Shown here in pieces: positions 18,244 through 27,644 of a DNA stretch of 30,260 nucleotides (its first letter is position 1; each line of letters starts with the position of its first letter). The position numbers were made by a program, and so were the translations under genes. The notes below the pieces were generated by a model that made no database searches, was not told the origin of the DNA, and saw only the letters and a program-made list of their open reading frames with translations. Source of the DNA: a virus; the UHGV virus genome UHGV-0035817. One strand, given 5' to 3'.

Positions 18244-19317
18244 TTACGCTCCCGGCTCTGCGGTCGCCTTAGCCGGTGTGGAAAAATCACCGACCTTGAT
18301 TTTTTCCACCAGACAACCGGCGGCGTAGTCTTCCACCACGTAATCAATGTTCATTGACTCGTAGTTCTCCACGCGGTCGAGTTTCGGGTTTTCCTCAATC
18401 ACGCGGCGATGGCTGTCATCCATGTAGTAGATGGACAGGTTTTCCAGCTTCGTGATGAGCATCGCATCCGCCGGGAAGTACGGGACGCGTACCGCCGGCA
18501 GGTTACCGATGCGTTTCTGGCTGATGATGACGTCAGCGGCCAGCATTTCGCTGTTGTCCTGTTCCTTGTTAACGATGGGGAAATACTTGTCCGCCAGTAG
18601 CTGACGCCCCACAATCACCACAAGGTCAGGGTCTTCCTGATACCACGGTTCAATCAGGTTGTTGGTCGCATCCATCACCAGTGCATCGAGGCTGGCATAA
18701 TCACCGCCCTTACCCACGCGGATAACCTCAGAGGTGGTGTGACCTTCCTCGTCAGTAACCTTGCTCATCACGCGCGCCGGGGCTTCATTGCGGTATTTCT
18801 GCAGCCAGCCGACCGCCACATCCTGCAGCATCGGGTTACTGCTGCGGTCAGAGGTTTCGGCACGCTTCACGCCGTTAAAACCGGCCATGATTAAATCAAG
18901 GGACTGGCGTTTGATAATGGCGTTACGGATACGGAGCTGGAAATCCTGATAACGCGCCCACAGGTCAAGCGTTTTGTAGCGGATATAAAAATCGAAGTTA
19001 ATCTGGTCGCATTCGTACTTGTTTGACGCCAGCTTCGAGAAGTCCTTCGGCTGACGCTCGGTGCCACCGGCGGTGTCGGTGGTGCTGGCGATGGAGCCGG
19101 TGACACCAATACCAATTTTTTCCCCTTTCATTTCGCTGACCGGCACAATGTTGATGCGGGTCAGAAAATCAGAGGACTCCTGCATGGTGTTCATCAGGGT
19201 CTGGGTGACCGACGGTTCAACGGTGAATTTTTTCGACACATCACCGGCGTCGATGCCGTTCAGTTCGGCAACACGGGACAGATAGGCATTAAATTTAAAG
19301 CGGGTTTCCTGGCGCAT
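18244..19317 (-). CDS. N: Major capsid protein N (357 aa)
   Basis: 357 aa; position after scaffold O. Confidence 0.9.
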   Translation of the reverse strand: MRQETRFKFNAYLSRVAELNGIDAGDVSKKFTVEPSVTQTLMNTMQESSDFLTRINIVPVSEMKGEKIGIGVTGSIASTTDTAGGTERQPKDFSKLASNKYECDQINFDFYIRYKTLDLWARYQDFQLRIRNAIIKRQSLDLIMAGFNGVKRAETSDRSSNPMLQDVAVGWLQKYRNEAPARVMSKVTDEEGHTTSEVIRVGKGGDYASLDALVMDATNNLIEPWYQEDPDLVVIVGRQLLADKYFPIVNKEQDNSEMLAADVIISQKRIGNLPAVRVPYFPADAMLITKLENLSIYYMDDSHRRVIEENPKLDRVENYESMNIDYVVEDYAAGCLVEKIKVGDFSTPAKATAEPGA

Positions 19318-19375
19318 AGTTTTTCCTGAAATTAAGGGTTAATCGTGAAGGTTTTCCCGGACTGACTGACGCCGG

Positions 19376-20230
19376 TCAGCAGTTCGTCATCAGGGCGTCA
19401 CCGCCACCGCCGGTGGCCTTGCTGCGGCGCTGCTGGGTCAGACTTTCGGTGTGGTCGAGGCTGTTTTTCAGGCGGGTGAATGCCTGGCTGGTTTCATCCG
19501 CCCTGTCAGTCACATCCTGCTTAAGTGCGGAAAAGGCGGTTTCCATCTCAGCAAGGCGCTGCTCAGTGGCGCTCAGTTTTTCCTGCACATGCTCAGCGAC
19601 AGCGGTCACCGCTTCATGCACGTCATTCAGACGGGCGTCATCGCTGGCCTGTTTGCGGCCAAAAATGGATTTCACCTTTTCGGTCAGGGCTGTGAACACG
19701 GTTTCAGGCAGGTCTTCAAATTCCAGCTCAACGGGCGTTGCCACTGAAATCAGGTTTTCAGGGCTTAATTTGAAGCGGTTCAGGGGGTTGTGTTTTGCCG
19801 TGCGGCAGAATTCCAGGTATTCCGTGCCGAGGCTTGCCGGGTCATCGGTGACGGCCAGACCCACCAGATAACATTTGCCGGTATTGGCAAAGTTCGGCTG
19901 AATTTCCATTGAGGTATAGACCTTCTGCGCGGCCTTGTTCATCGCGATAAGGTCATCGGTCGGGGTGATTTTCGCAAACAGCGCCCATTTGCCTTTCAGC
20001 GCCGAATCATCGTCAATCTTTTCGGCCTTCAGTTCGGCCACATCGCCATAACGCTTAAAAATACCGTCAGGCAGGATGCCGCGCAGATGTTCCAGGTTAA
20101 TGCGGCAACCATAGACTCGCGGGTCAAAGGTTTCGGCCATTTCCTGAATATCCTGCGCACTGATGACACGCCCGTCACAGGTGTCACCCTCAACGCCGAT
20201 ACGAAAGAATTTTGAGACTTTTTTTGCCAT
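19376..20230 (-). CDS. O: Capsid scaffolding protein O (284 aa)
   Basis: Start trimmed to MAKKVSKFF (ATG at 20230); 284 aa as P2 gpO. Confidence 0.85.
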   Translation of the reverse strand: MAKKVSKFFRIGVEGDTCDGRVISAQDIQEMAETFDPRVYGCRINLEHLRGILPDGIFKRYGDVAELKAEKIDDDSALKGKWALFAKITPTDDLIAMNKAAQKVYTSMEIQPNFANTGKCYLVGLAVTDDPASLGTEYLEFCRTAKHNPLNRFKLSPENLISVATPVELEFEDLPETVFTALTEKVKSIFGRKQASDDARLNDVHEAVTAVAEHVQEKLSATEQRLAEMETAFSALKQDVTDRADETSQAFTRLKNSLDHTESLTQQRRSKATGGGGDALMTNC

Positions 20231-20403
20231 TGTCAGGAGTCCTGAATAGTGATTAGAGGAGTCACATGTCGGCATCAGTTTCCCGACGATGCGCATCCTC
20301 CGCCATCAGTCCCGGATGGCTTATCACTGACACAACAGCACCTTAGCGAATCGCGGGGCGCGACTCAGTAGCCTTGCCGTGTATTCATCACGGCGAGGTA
20401 TTC
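20231..20403. promoter_or_regulatory. Divergent late promoter region between O and P (expected Ogr-dependent promoters)
   Basis: Intergenic region between divergent late operons, as in P2; I could not confidently pick out the Ogr dyad. Confidence 0.4.
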
Positions 20404-22176
20404 ATGACCATCACCACAGACACCACTCTTTTGCACGACCCGCGTCGTCAGGCGGCGCTGCTGTACTGGCAGGGGTTTTCCGTGCCGCAGATTGCCGCCA
20501 TGTTGCAGATGAAACGCCCGACGGTGCAGAGCTGGAAACAGCGCGACGGCTGGGACAGCGTTGCCCCCATCAGCCGTGTCGAAATGAGTCTGGAAGCGCG
20601 GCTGACCCAGCTCATCATCAAACCGCAGAAAACCGGCGGTGACTTCAAGGAAATTGACCTGCTGGGACGCCAGATTGAACGACTGGCACGGGTAAACCGC
20701 TACAGTCAGACCGGCAACGAGGCAGACCTTAATCCGAACGTCGCTAACCGCAACAAAGGCGGGCGTCGCAAACCGAAAAAGAATTTTTTCAGTGACGAGG
20801 CCATCGAAAAGCTGGAGCAGATTTTCTTTGAGCAGTCTTTCGACTATCAGTTGCACTGGTATCGCGCCGGGCTTGAGCACCGCATCCGCGATATCCTGAA
20901 ATCCCGCCAGATTGGCGCGACGTTTTATTTTTCCCGCGAGGCGCTGCTGCGCGCCCTGAAAACCGGTCATAACCAGATTTTTCTGTCGGCCAGTAAAACG
21001 CAGGCGTATGTGTTCCGCGAATACATCATCGCCTTTGCCCGTCTGGTTGACGTTGACCTTACCGGTGACCCGATTGTCCTGGGCAATAACGGCGCAAAAC
21101 TGATTTTTCTCGGCACCAACTCCAACACCGCGCAGAGCCATAACGGCGACCTGTACGTCGATGAGATTTTCTGGATCCCGAATTTTCAGGTACTGCGTAA
21201 GGTGGCATCAGGTATGGCCTCACAGAGCCACCTGCGCTCGACCTATTTCTCCACCCCGTCCACGCTGGCGCACGACGCCTACCCGTTCTGGTCGGGTGAA
21301 CTGTTTAACCGGGGACGCGCCAGCGCCGCCGAACGCGTGGAAATCGACGTCAGTCATAACGCCCTTGCCGGTGGGCTTCTCTGTGCGGACGGCCAGTGGC
21401 GACAGATTGTCACCATTGAGGACGCCCTGAAAGGTGGCTGCACGCTGTTCGACATTGAGCAGCTCAAACGCGAAAACAGCGCCGACGATTTTAAAAACCT
21501 GTTCATGTGTGAATTTGTTGACGACAAGGCGTCGGTGTTCCCGTTCGAGGAGCTGCAACGCTGCATGGTCGACACGCTGGAAGAATGGGAAGACTATGCG
21601 CCGTTTGCCGCGAATCCGTTCGGCTCCCGCCCGGTATGGATTGGTTACGACCCGTCACACCGTGGCGACAGCGCCGGATGCGTGGTGCTGGCACCACCGG
21701 TGGTGGCCGGTGGCAAATTCAGAATACTTGAGCGTCACCAGTGGAAAGGCATGGACTTTGCCACCCAGGCTGAATCCATCCGCAAACTCACCGAAAAATA
21801 CAACGTCGAATACATCGGAATTGATGCCACCGGCCTCGGTGTCGGCGTGTTCCAGCTCGTGCGCTCGTTCTATCCCGCCGCGCGCGACATCCGCTACACG
21901 CCGGAAATGAAAACCGCAATGGTGCTCAAGGCAAAAGACGTTATCCGCCGTGGCTGTCTGGAATACGACGTCAGCGCCACCGACATCACCAGTTCGTTTA
22001 TGGCTATCCGCAAGACCATGACCAGCAGCGGACGCAGTGCCACCTATGAGGCCAGCCGCAGCGAGGAAGCCAGCCACGCCGACCTCGCCTGGGCGACCAT
22101 GCACGCCCTGTTAAATGAGCCACTCACCGCCGGTATCAGCACCCCGCTGACATCCACCATTCTGGAGTTTTACTGA
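20404..22176 (+). CDS. P: Terminase large (ATPase) subunit P (590 aa)
   Basis: Start trimmed to MTITTDTTLL with RBS GAGG upstream; stop overlaps Q start (ATGA). Confidence 0.9.
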   Translation: MTITTDTTLLHDPRRQAALLYWQGFSVPQIAAMLQMKRPTVQSWKQRDGWDSVAPISRVEMSLEARLTQLIIKPQKTGGDFKEIDLLGRQIERLARVNRYSQTGNEADLNPNVANRNKGGRRKPKKNFFSDEAIEKLEQIFFEQSFDYQLHWYRAGLEHRIRDILKSRQIGATFYFSREALLRALKTGHNQIFLSASKTQAYVFREYIIAFARLVDVDLTGDPIVLGNNGAKLIFLGTNSNTAQSHNGDLYVDEIFWIPNFQVLRKVASGMASQSHLRSTYFSTPSTLAHDAYPFWSGELFNRGRASAAERVEIDVSHNALAGGLLCADGQWRQIVTIEDALKGGCTLFDIEQLKRENSADDFKNLFMCEFVDDKASVFPFEELQRCMVDTLEEWEDYAPFAANPFGSRPVWIGYDPSHRGDSAGCVVLAPPVVAGGKFRILERHQWKGMDFATQAESIRKLTEKYNVEYIGIDATGLGVGVFQLVRSFYPAARDIRYTPEMKTAMVLKAKDVIRRGCLEYDVSATDITSSFMAIRKTMTSSGRSATYEASRSEEASHADLAWATMHALLNEPLTAGISTPLTSTILEFY

Positions 22177-23210
22177 TGAGCAAGAAAAAAGGGAAAACAC
22201 CGCAACCTGCGGCAAAAACAATGACCGCCAGCGCCCCGAAAATGGAGGCATTCACCTTTGGCGAGCCGGTGCCGGTACTCGACCGCCGTGACATTCTGGA
22301 TTACGTCGAATGCATCAGTAACGGCAGATGGTATGAGCCGCCGGTCAGCTTTACCGGTCTGGCAAAAAGTCTGCGTGCTGCCGTGCATCACAGTTCACCG
22401 ATTTACGTCAAACGTAATATTCTGGCTTCAACGTTTATCCCGCACCCGTGGCTTTCCCAGCAGGATTTCAGCCGTTTTGTGCTGGATTTTCTGGTGTTCG
22501 GTAATGCGTTTCTGGAAAAGCGTTACAGCACCACCGGTAAGGTCATCAGACTGGAAACCTCACCGGCCAAATATACCCGTCGTGGCGTGGAGGAGGATGT
22601 TTACTGGTGGGTGCCGTCCTTCAACGAGCCGACAGCTTTCGCGCCCGGCTCCGTGTTTCACCTGCTGGAGCCTGATATTAATCAGGAGCTGTACGGCCTG
22701 CCGGAATATCTCAGCGCCCTTAACTCTGCCTGGCTGAATGAGTCGGCCACGCTGTTCCGCCGCAAGTATTACGAAAACGGCGCACATGCCGGATACATCA
22801 TGTACGTCACTGATGCCGTGCAGGATCGCAACGATATCGAAATGCTCCGCGAAAACATGGTTAAGTCAAAAGGCCGCAATAACTTTAAAAATCTGTTTCT
22901 CTATGCCCCGCAGGGGAAAGCCGACGGCATTAAAATTATCCCGCTCAGTGAAGTGGCAACGAAGGACGATTTTTTTAATATCAAAAAAGCCAGCGCCGCA
23001 GACCTGCTGGACGCGCACCGCATCCCCTTTCAGTTGATGGGCGGCAAGCCGGAGAACGTCGGGTCGCTGGGTGATATTGAGAAAGTGGCAAAGGTCTTTG
23101 TCCGCAATGAGCTTATCCCGTTACAGGACAGGATTCGGGAAATAAACGGCTGGCTCGGTCAGGAGGTCATCCGCTTTAAAAACTACTCACTGGACACTGA
23201 CAACGGCTGA
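22176..23210 (+). CDS. Q: Portal protein Q (344 aa)
   Basis: 344 aa; follows P on the same strand and is followed by terminator and cos. Confidence 0.9.
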   Translation: MSKKKGKTPQPAAKTMTASAPKMEAFTFGEPVPVLDRRDILDYVECISNGRWYEPPVSFTGLAKSLRAAVHHSSPIYVKRNILASTFIPHPWLSQQDFSRFVLDFLVFGNAFLEKRYSTTGKVIRLETSPAKYTRRGVEEDVYWWVPSFNEPTAFAPGSVFHLLEPDINQELYGLPEYLSALNSAWLNESATLFRRKYYENGAHAGYIMYVTDAVQDRNDIEMLRENMVKSKGRNNFKNLFLYAPQGKADGIKIIPLSEVATKDDFFNIKKASAADLLDAHRIPFQLMGGKPENVGSLGDIEKVAKVFVRNELIPLQDRIREINGWLGQEVIRFKNYSLDTDNG

Positions 23211-23213
23211 ACA

Positions 23214-23238
23214 TCGCCGCCTGCGGGCGGCTTTTTTA
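23214..23238 (+). terminator. Rho-independent terminator of the P-Q operon
   Basis: GCCGCC-TGCG-GGCGGC followed by TTTTTT. Confidence 0.8.
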
Positions 23239-23379
23239 CACCCCGTCATCACGCCCTCACACGCTCACCACCGCGCAAAACAGCCCGCAGACAAACCAAC
23301 GCCCCGGCGCACAATCTAAACGCCATTACGACGCGCTGAGACGCTGAAAAAATAAAATCAGCACCACCGCCAGCGCGCA

Positions 23380-23398
23380 GTGCTTTCCCCGCCTCGCC
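23380..23398. other. cos site (19-nt cohesive end)
   Basis: GTGCTTTCCCCGCCTCGCC is the reverse complement of GGCGAGGCGGGGAAAGCAC, the P2 cohesive-end sequence as I recall it. Confidence 0.8.
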
Positions 23399-23683
23399 CG
23401 CCCGCTTCACGGGGCGGTTTTAATGCAGTTGCATAGATACTATGGATCCGCACCAGTCCTGACCGCACGCAGCCTGAACGGACATCCCCAACGCATGCAA
23501 AAACATTCACTTGTTGCATGCATAGCTTTTTAAGTACGCCATACCGCAACTGTACATTTTTAAGCAATTGGCAACCTTAAAAAATTTACATTGCTTTCAA
23601 GACCTTATCATCCGTAGTCTCTGTTTTTTACTTTGAGCTACATCAATAAAATCTCAAACATGTTTAATGCAAAGCCCTTGTTA

Positions 23684-23737
23684 CACAACATAGAATGTAT
23701 GTCTAGAAACAACGACATACTATATGTTGTGTTTTTC
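23684..23737 (+). ncRNA. Long imperfect hairpin (about 17 bp paired) followed by T5; candidate small RNA 3' end or terminator
   Basis: ACACAACATAGAATGTATGTC ... GACATACTATATGTTGTGT then TTTTT; lies ~450 bp past the P-Q terminator, so it ends some other short transcript. Confidence 0.35.
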
Positions 23738-23876
23738 CGGCTCTCTGTTCGGTGATATGCCAAATCACTTTGCGTTTAAACAGAGCATTATTTCAGGGCA
23801 AGACTTCGCTCAAAAGTCATTCCACCTAAGAAGCGCATATACCGGTGGAAGTTGCCCTCTACTTACAGGAGGCAAT

Positions 23877-23990
23877 ATGAAGAAATGCTATTACTGCATT
23901 CTCGTTCTGGCCCTCTTTGGCTATCCAAACGGTAGTCCGAGTGGTTTGTCAGTAAACGTCAGTAATATCAATGTCAGCATTATGCTTTAA
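23877..23990 (+). CDS. Small ORF (37 aa) with hydrophobic N-terminus
   Basis: AGGAGG 4 nt upstream of ATG; MKKCYYCILVLALFGYPNGSPSGLSVNVSNINVSIML; stop is followed within ~15 bp by a strong bidirectional terminator. Confidence 0.4.
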   Translation: MKKCYYCILVLALFGYPNGSPSGLSVNVSNINVSIML

Positions 23991-24002
23991 TATGCTTCAA
24001 AC

Positions 24003-24033
24003 AAAAAAACCACCTGCCAGGGTGGTTTTTTTG
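24003..24033. terminator. Bidirectional rho-independent terminator (A7-ACCACC...GGTGGT-T7)
   Basis: GC hairpin flanked by A-run and T-run; terminates the small ORF on plus and probably the A operon on minus. Confidence 0.75.
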
Positions 24034-24292
24034 CGCCCATCATCAATACGATGAAAGACTGACAAGACTTCGCTCAAGACGAATTATGCGTCGACATAAG
24101 GTTACCCGCAATGATTTTATTAGACTAAATGGATGGCCTTTTATGACCCGGATCAAACGGCTGTCCTTACCGACATGCTAGTCACTCAATAGCATTTAGC
24201 CTTCTAATTCAGCATGCTATTGACCTTCTGCTGCCCCATAACTGCTCCGCATAAGCCATTCAATGCCATATCAAATCACGTTGTGTTTTTAC

Positions 24293-26569
24293 TCAAATGG
24301 GTAACGAGAACCCCGGCCACTCATCAGCAACCGGATACGTGAATTTTTTCCCGTCATAATTTACGGTCGCGCCACGCGCCAGCGCCTCAAGCTCCCATCG
24401 TTGCGGCCTGATACCGTTCTGAGCGAGGTCAACGCGGATACGGGTAATTTGCAATCGTTCAGACCTGGTCAGTCTGGCAGATGGTGCAATTTCATGCGGT
24501 TTTAACGGGATTCCGTTTCTTTGCTGACGATTTGGTGTTCTCAGTCCGTGTTTTAATGCGCCCCTGAGCGCCATCACGACCTCCGGGTCACTCCATTCGA
24601 TAACACCGTCATCTACCAGATTAAGCACTGCTGCGGCGTGCTCAGAAGGTGTGGGAGCCGGTAACGAAGTATCACCACCGGTGAGCTTTCCACAGTTATT
24701 GACAGGACTCCGAGGCGCGGCGATGCCGCTTTTTAAAGTCAAAGGCTCAACGACCGGAACTTTCGGCACAATGCGCCAGTCCGTCGTTCTGGTGATATGA
24801 ATATGACGCGCGCCGAGATGCGGCGCGTAAATGCCGACCACTCTCTCGACTTCTTCCTCGTACTCGTTAACGTCATCCGACAGACTACGGGCGACCCTGA
24901 CAGTCTGACAATCGCGCGGGACATTTGCCCCGCCCTGCGCGCTGATATACAGCGCAAAATCACCACTGTCTGCGGCGGCGCGTGCAGCCTCGACGCGCTC
25001 GTCAAACTCATCAGCAATGCTGACGCCGCGAGGCAATTTGCGTAGTTCACGGTAAGCCCCCATTGTCGGCAGGCCAACCGTTTTAAATTGCGGAATGCGC
25101 CACGTTGACGCCCATGCGGTAACAGCCGCTGCAGTGTCTTTCAGCGGCCTGCCGGTGTCGTTATCGAGCTGACCATCCAGTGCATAGCCGTCGATGTTTT
25201 TTGAAATGTATTTCGCGATATATCCCGCAGCACCGCCCCGGTTAAGGTGTTTTGCCTGAAAACGGTTTCGCGCGGCTCCTCTTTCGTCGCCATCCTCTTT
25301 GAGCGCATAGCGACGCATGATTTCGATAATCTGGTTACGCTGGCGTGGATGACAAAAAAGCATCATATGCCAGTGCGGCGTTCCGTCGTGGTGTGGCTCG
25401 ACGACTCGCAAACCGTAGACCTGTAAATCATTATCCTTGAATGCCGTGCGCATCAGGCTCCAGATACGGCAGAGATAACGCTGCGCATCCTTTGGATTAA
25501 ATGCCTCATCGTTCCAGCCGTGATTAAGCTGAACGGTTTTACTTTCGCCTTTTCCGACCTGACGTGTCGGGTGATACTTTGACGGCGCGGTCAGCGTGAT
25601 AAACATCCCCACATCACCCTCTGCGGCGGCGTAACGCTCAATACCGGCAATGGTGTTCATCAGCTCCATCCGGCGAATTTCAGGATTAGAAATACTGCCC
25701 ATCACCTTACTGATAAGGTCGATGCGCTCGCCGGTTTCCCTGTTTTCAAGGTCACACGATTTAAGAAATTCCAGATTTGCCTGGCGGCGCGCACGCACAT
25801 CACGAATGGCGTGTTTACTGGCATAAGGAGAACGGTCTTTATTGACCTCCCCGACAGCTATCAGTAACGCCTCATGCCAGCGCATACGCTGGCCTTTAAG
25901 CTGATGAGTCCACCACTCATCGTTAAACAGGCGGGCAATGGCAGAATATGCCTGCCTCGTGGTCATCTGTCCTTTACGGTATTTTTTCCAGTAGAGCGGG
26001 GAAATATTGAAAGCACGTGCAGCGCCAGCAACATGACCATACAGGTGAGCCTGCGCCTCATCCGTAAACAGCGATTCTTTTTCACCATGCGCATCAACCC
26101 ATGCATCGCAGAGTTCCTCATACATCATGAAAAGCTGCGATGAGATACGGGCGGCAAACTTTTTCAGCTCCTTGTCATTCATTCCCGGCAGGCGCGCATA
26201 GTGGTCACGCTCTGCCAGAAACAGCAACGACGCGTCGGTGTTCATTTCATGGCGCTGATTCACACGCTCAATGCGCGGCCATAAACGACGCTGAAAAGTA
26301 GATGTGAGGAAATAAAACCCGTGCACCGGGCTTTTATTGCGCCGGATGTAGTCATAGCGTGAAGTAAACAGCGAGCGCAAAAAGTAAGGCAGGCGGTTAA
26401 TCGTGGATAAAACACCTTGCACCTGACGCATCTCGTCACGTGTAAGAGGTCTTTCGCGCCCGACAGCCTCGCGTGGCGCGTTCCATGCATAAGCACCGGT
26501 AAACGCCTTACCGGTGCCTGCGGTAAATGCTGACGGAGGGACAAAACGCCCGGAGGCTTTAACGGCCAT
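24293..26569 (-). CDS. A: Replication initiation protein A (rolling-circle nickase, about 758 aa)
   Basis: MAVKASGRFVPPSAF... matches my recollection of the P2 gpA N-terminus; the ORF track uses an upstream TTG at 26611, so the start is uncertain. Confidence 0.85.
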   Translation of the reverse strand: MAVKASGRFVPPSAFTAGTGKAFTGAYAWNAPREAVGRERPLTRDEMRQVQGVLSTINRLPYFLRSLFTSRYDYIRRNKSPVHGFYFLTSTFQRRLWPRIERVNQRHEMNTDASLLFLAERDHYARLPGMNDKELKKFAARISSQLFMMYEELCDAWVDAHGEKESLFTDEAQAHLYGHVAGAARAFNISPLYWKKYRKGQMTTRQAYSAIARLFNDEWWTHQLKGQRMRWHEALLIAVGEVNKDRSPYASKHAIRDVRARRQANLEFLKSCDLENRETGERIDLISKVMGSISNPEIRRMELMNTIAGIERYAAAEGDVGMFITLTAPSKYHPTRQVGKGESKTVQLNHGWNDEAFNPKDAQRYLCRIWSLMRTAFKDNDLQVYGLRVVEPHHDGTPHWHMMLFCHPRQRNQIIEIMRRYALKEDGDERGAARNRFQAKHLNRGGAAGYIAKYISKNIDGYALDGQLDNDTGRPLKDTAAAVTAWASTWRIPQFKTVGLPTMGAYRELRKLPRGVSIADEFDERVEAARAAADSGDFALYISAQGGANVPRDCQTVRVARSLSDDVNEYEEEVERVVGIYAPHLGARHIHITRTTDWRIVPKVPVVEPLTLKSGIAAPRSPVNNCGKLTGGDTSLPAPTPSEHAAAVLNLVDDGVIEWSDPEVVMALRGALKHGLRTPNRQQRNGIPLKPHEIAPSARLTRSERLQITRIRVDLAQNGIRPQRWELEALARGATVNYDGKKFTYPVADEWPGFSLPI

Positions 26570-26834
26570 ATGAGCCAAAAGCCTCTGAACAACGCTTGCT
26601 GAGTTGCTCAACCTGCGCGTTTAAATCAGCAAAAGATTTTGCGCTTCCGGTCAGAATATCGTGATGCATCAGGCCGGAAACGAGCTGGCCTAATTTCGGG
26701 TAATAACCAACCACCGCCAGCCATTCCTGACCGGCGTTTTTACCGCTTTCCGCTCTCTTTTTCTCGTGGAGAATAAACTGAAAGCTGTCACTGGTAACGA
26801 CATAACGTTTGCCAATTTCAATACGAATACTCAT
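26559..26834 (-). CDS. Small early protein (P2 orf83-like position, 91 aa)
   Basis: Position between the zinc-finger ORF and A; function unknown. Confidence 0.6.
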   Translation of the reverse strand: MSIRIEIGKRYVVTSDSFQFILHEKKRAESGKNAGQEWLAVVGYYPKLGQLVSGLMHHDILTGSAKSFADLNAQVEQLSKRCSEAFGSYGR

Positions 26835-27055
26835 GCCGTTCTCCGGTAATGTTTGTTTTTTGCTTCAAAGACTGACTGGCAGGAAACACAACGCGTGGCT
26901 GACGGATAAGCCGCACGACGGGCAGCAGGTATTGGCGCGTCACACTCTTCGCAAACCAGCGCAGAAACACCGCAATGTTTTACCCTTGCCGCGTTAATCT
27001 GGCGCTCCAGTAATTCAGCCTGTTGTTCCTGAATGAAATCTACGTTGTCCGGCAT
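26831..27055 (-). CDS. DksA/TraR-type C4 zinc-finger protein (74 aa)
   Basis: CGVSALVCEECDAPIP...CVSCQ: four-cysteine motif typical of phage TraR/DksA-like proteins; P2 orf82-like position. Confidence 0.7.
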   Translation of the reverse strand: MPDNVDFIQEQQAELLERQINAARVKHCGVSALVCEECDAPIPAARRAAYPSATRCVSCQSVFEAKNKHYRRTA

Positions 27056-27360
27056 TACCAGTTCCTTTTGTCGTTCAGTTTCTTAAATTCATCAGCGCAA
27101 TAGCTGGCGAGTTCTGTCGTTAATTTTGTCAGTTCATCCACTGAGGAAATTTGCCTGTGAAATACAGCGCGTTTCACAAGTAAATTGATCACATCAGACA
27201 GGAGGTTTAATTCGCTCTGATAAATCGCGATAACAGATTCAGTTATGTCGCGCTTTTCTTTATCAAGACCAAGTTGAATAAGAGACAAATCGCCATTTTC
27301 CATAACAGCGATTTTTAAGGCGTTATTCAGTAATACAACCGAACGAGAACAGGACATCAA
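27055..27360 (-). CDS. Small early protein (101 aa)
   Basis: ORF in the early operon between B and A, translationally coupled to neighbours. Confidence 0.6.
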   Translation of the reverse strand: MMSCSRSVVLLNNALKIAVMENGDLSLIQLGLDKEKRDITESVIAIYQSELNLLSDVINLLVKRAVFHRQISSVDELTKLTTELASYCADEFKKLNDKRNW

Positions 27361-27581
27361 AGCACCTCCCCGCGAGACAATCCGATATTGTGAAATTTTT
27401 CCGACTCCTGACTGAGCAGCTCAACTATCTCCACGCGGGATAACTCCGCCTTTGTGATGTGGCGAATCATGGCGTCAAGATGAGAAGAAAAGCGCGTCGC
27501 AGCGTCGGCCTGTGCTTCGGTTCTGGCCTGTTGCAGCAGTAATGCGTATTTACCGCACTGATTTTCAGAAACTGTATGCAT
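27357..27581 (-). CDS. Small early protein (74 aa)
   Basis: ORF in the early operon directly downstream of B. Confidence 0.6.
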   Translation of the reverse strand: MHTVSENQCGKYALLLQQARTEAQADAATRFSSHLDAMIRHITKAELSRVEIVELLSQESEKFHNIGLSRGEVL

Positions 27582-27644
27582 GACTTTCTCCAGGCAAAAA
27601 GAAGCCCCGCACGATTAAGTGCGTTAAAAACTCTGGTTAATTAT

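Noticed and set aside
20365-21141. Minus-strand 258-aa ORF overlapping the terminase P gene
   Set aside because: Overlaps the strongly supported P ORF on the opposite strand; no independent signal.
23358-23567. 69-aa minus-strand ORF spanning the cos site
   Set aside because: Crosses the cohesive-end site and has no RBS; very unlikely to be a gene.
23724-23990. 88-aa plus-strand ORF in the cos-A hotspot
   Set aside because: Its ATG lies inside the hairpin and T-run at 23684-23737 with no RBS; the internal start at 23877 with AGGAGG is the more plausible translation start if the region is translated at all.
23399-24292. Retron or CRISPR-like element in the hotspot
   Set aside because: No reverse-transcriptase or cas ORF anywhere in the window and no regularly spaced repeats; only a single 15-bp repeat pair and isolated palindromes.
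26611-26611. TTG start for gene A at 26611 as given by the ORF track
   Set aside because: The in-frame ATG at 26569 gives the N-terminus MAVKASGRF that matches my recollection of P2 gpA; the upstream TTG extension is probably an ORF-finder artefact, though this is not verified.
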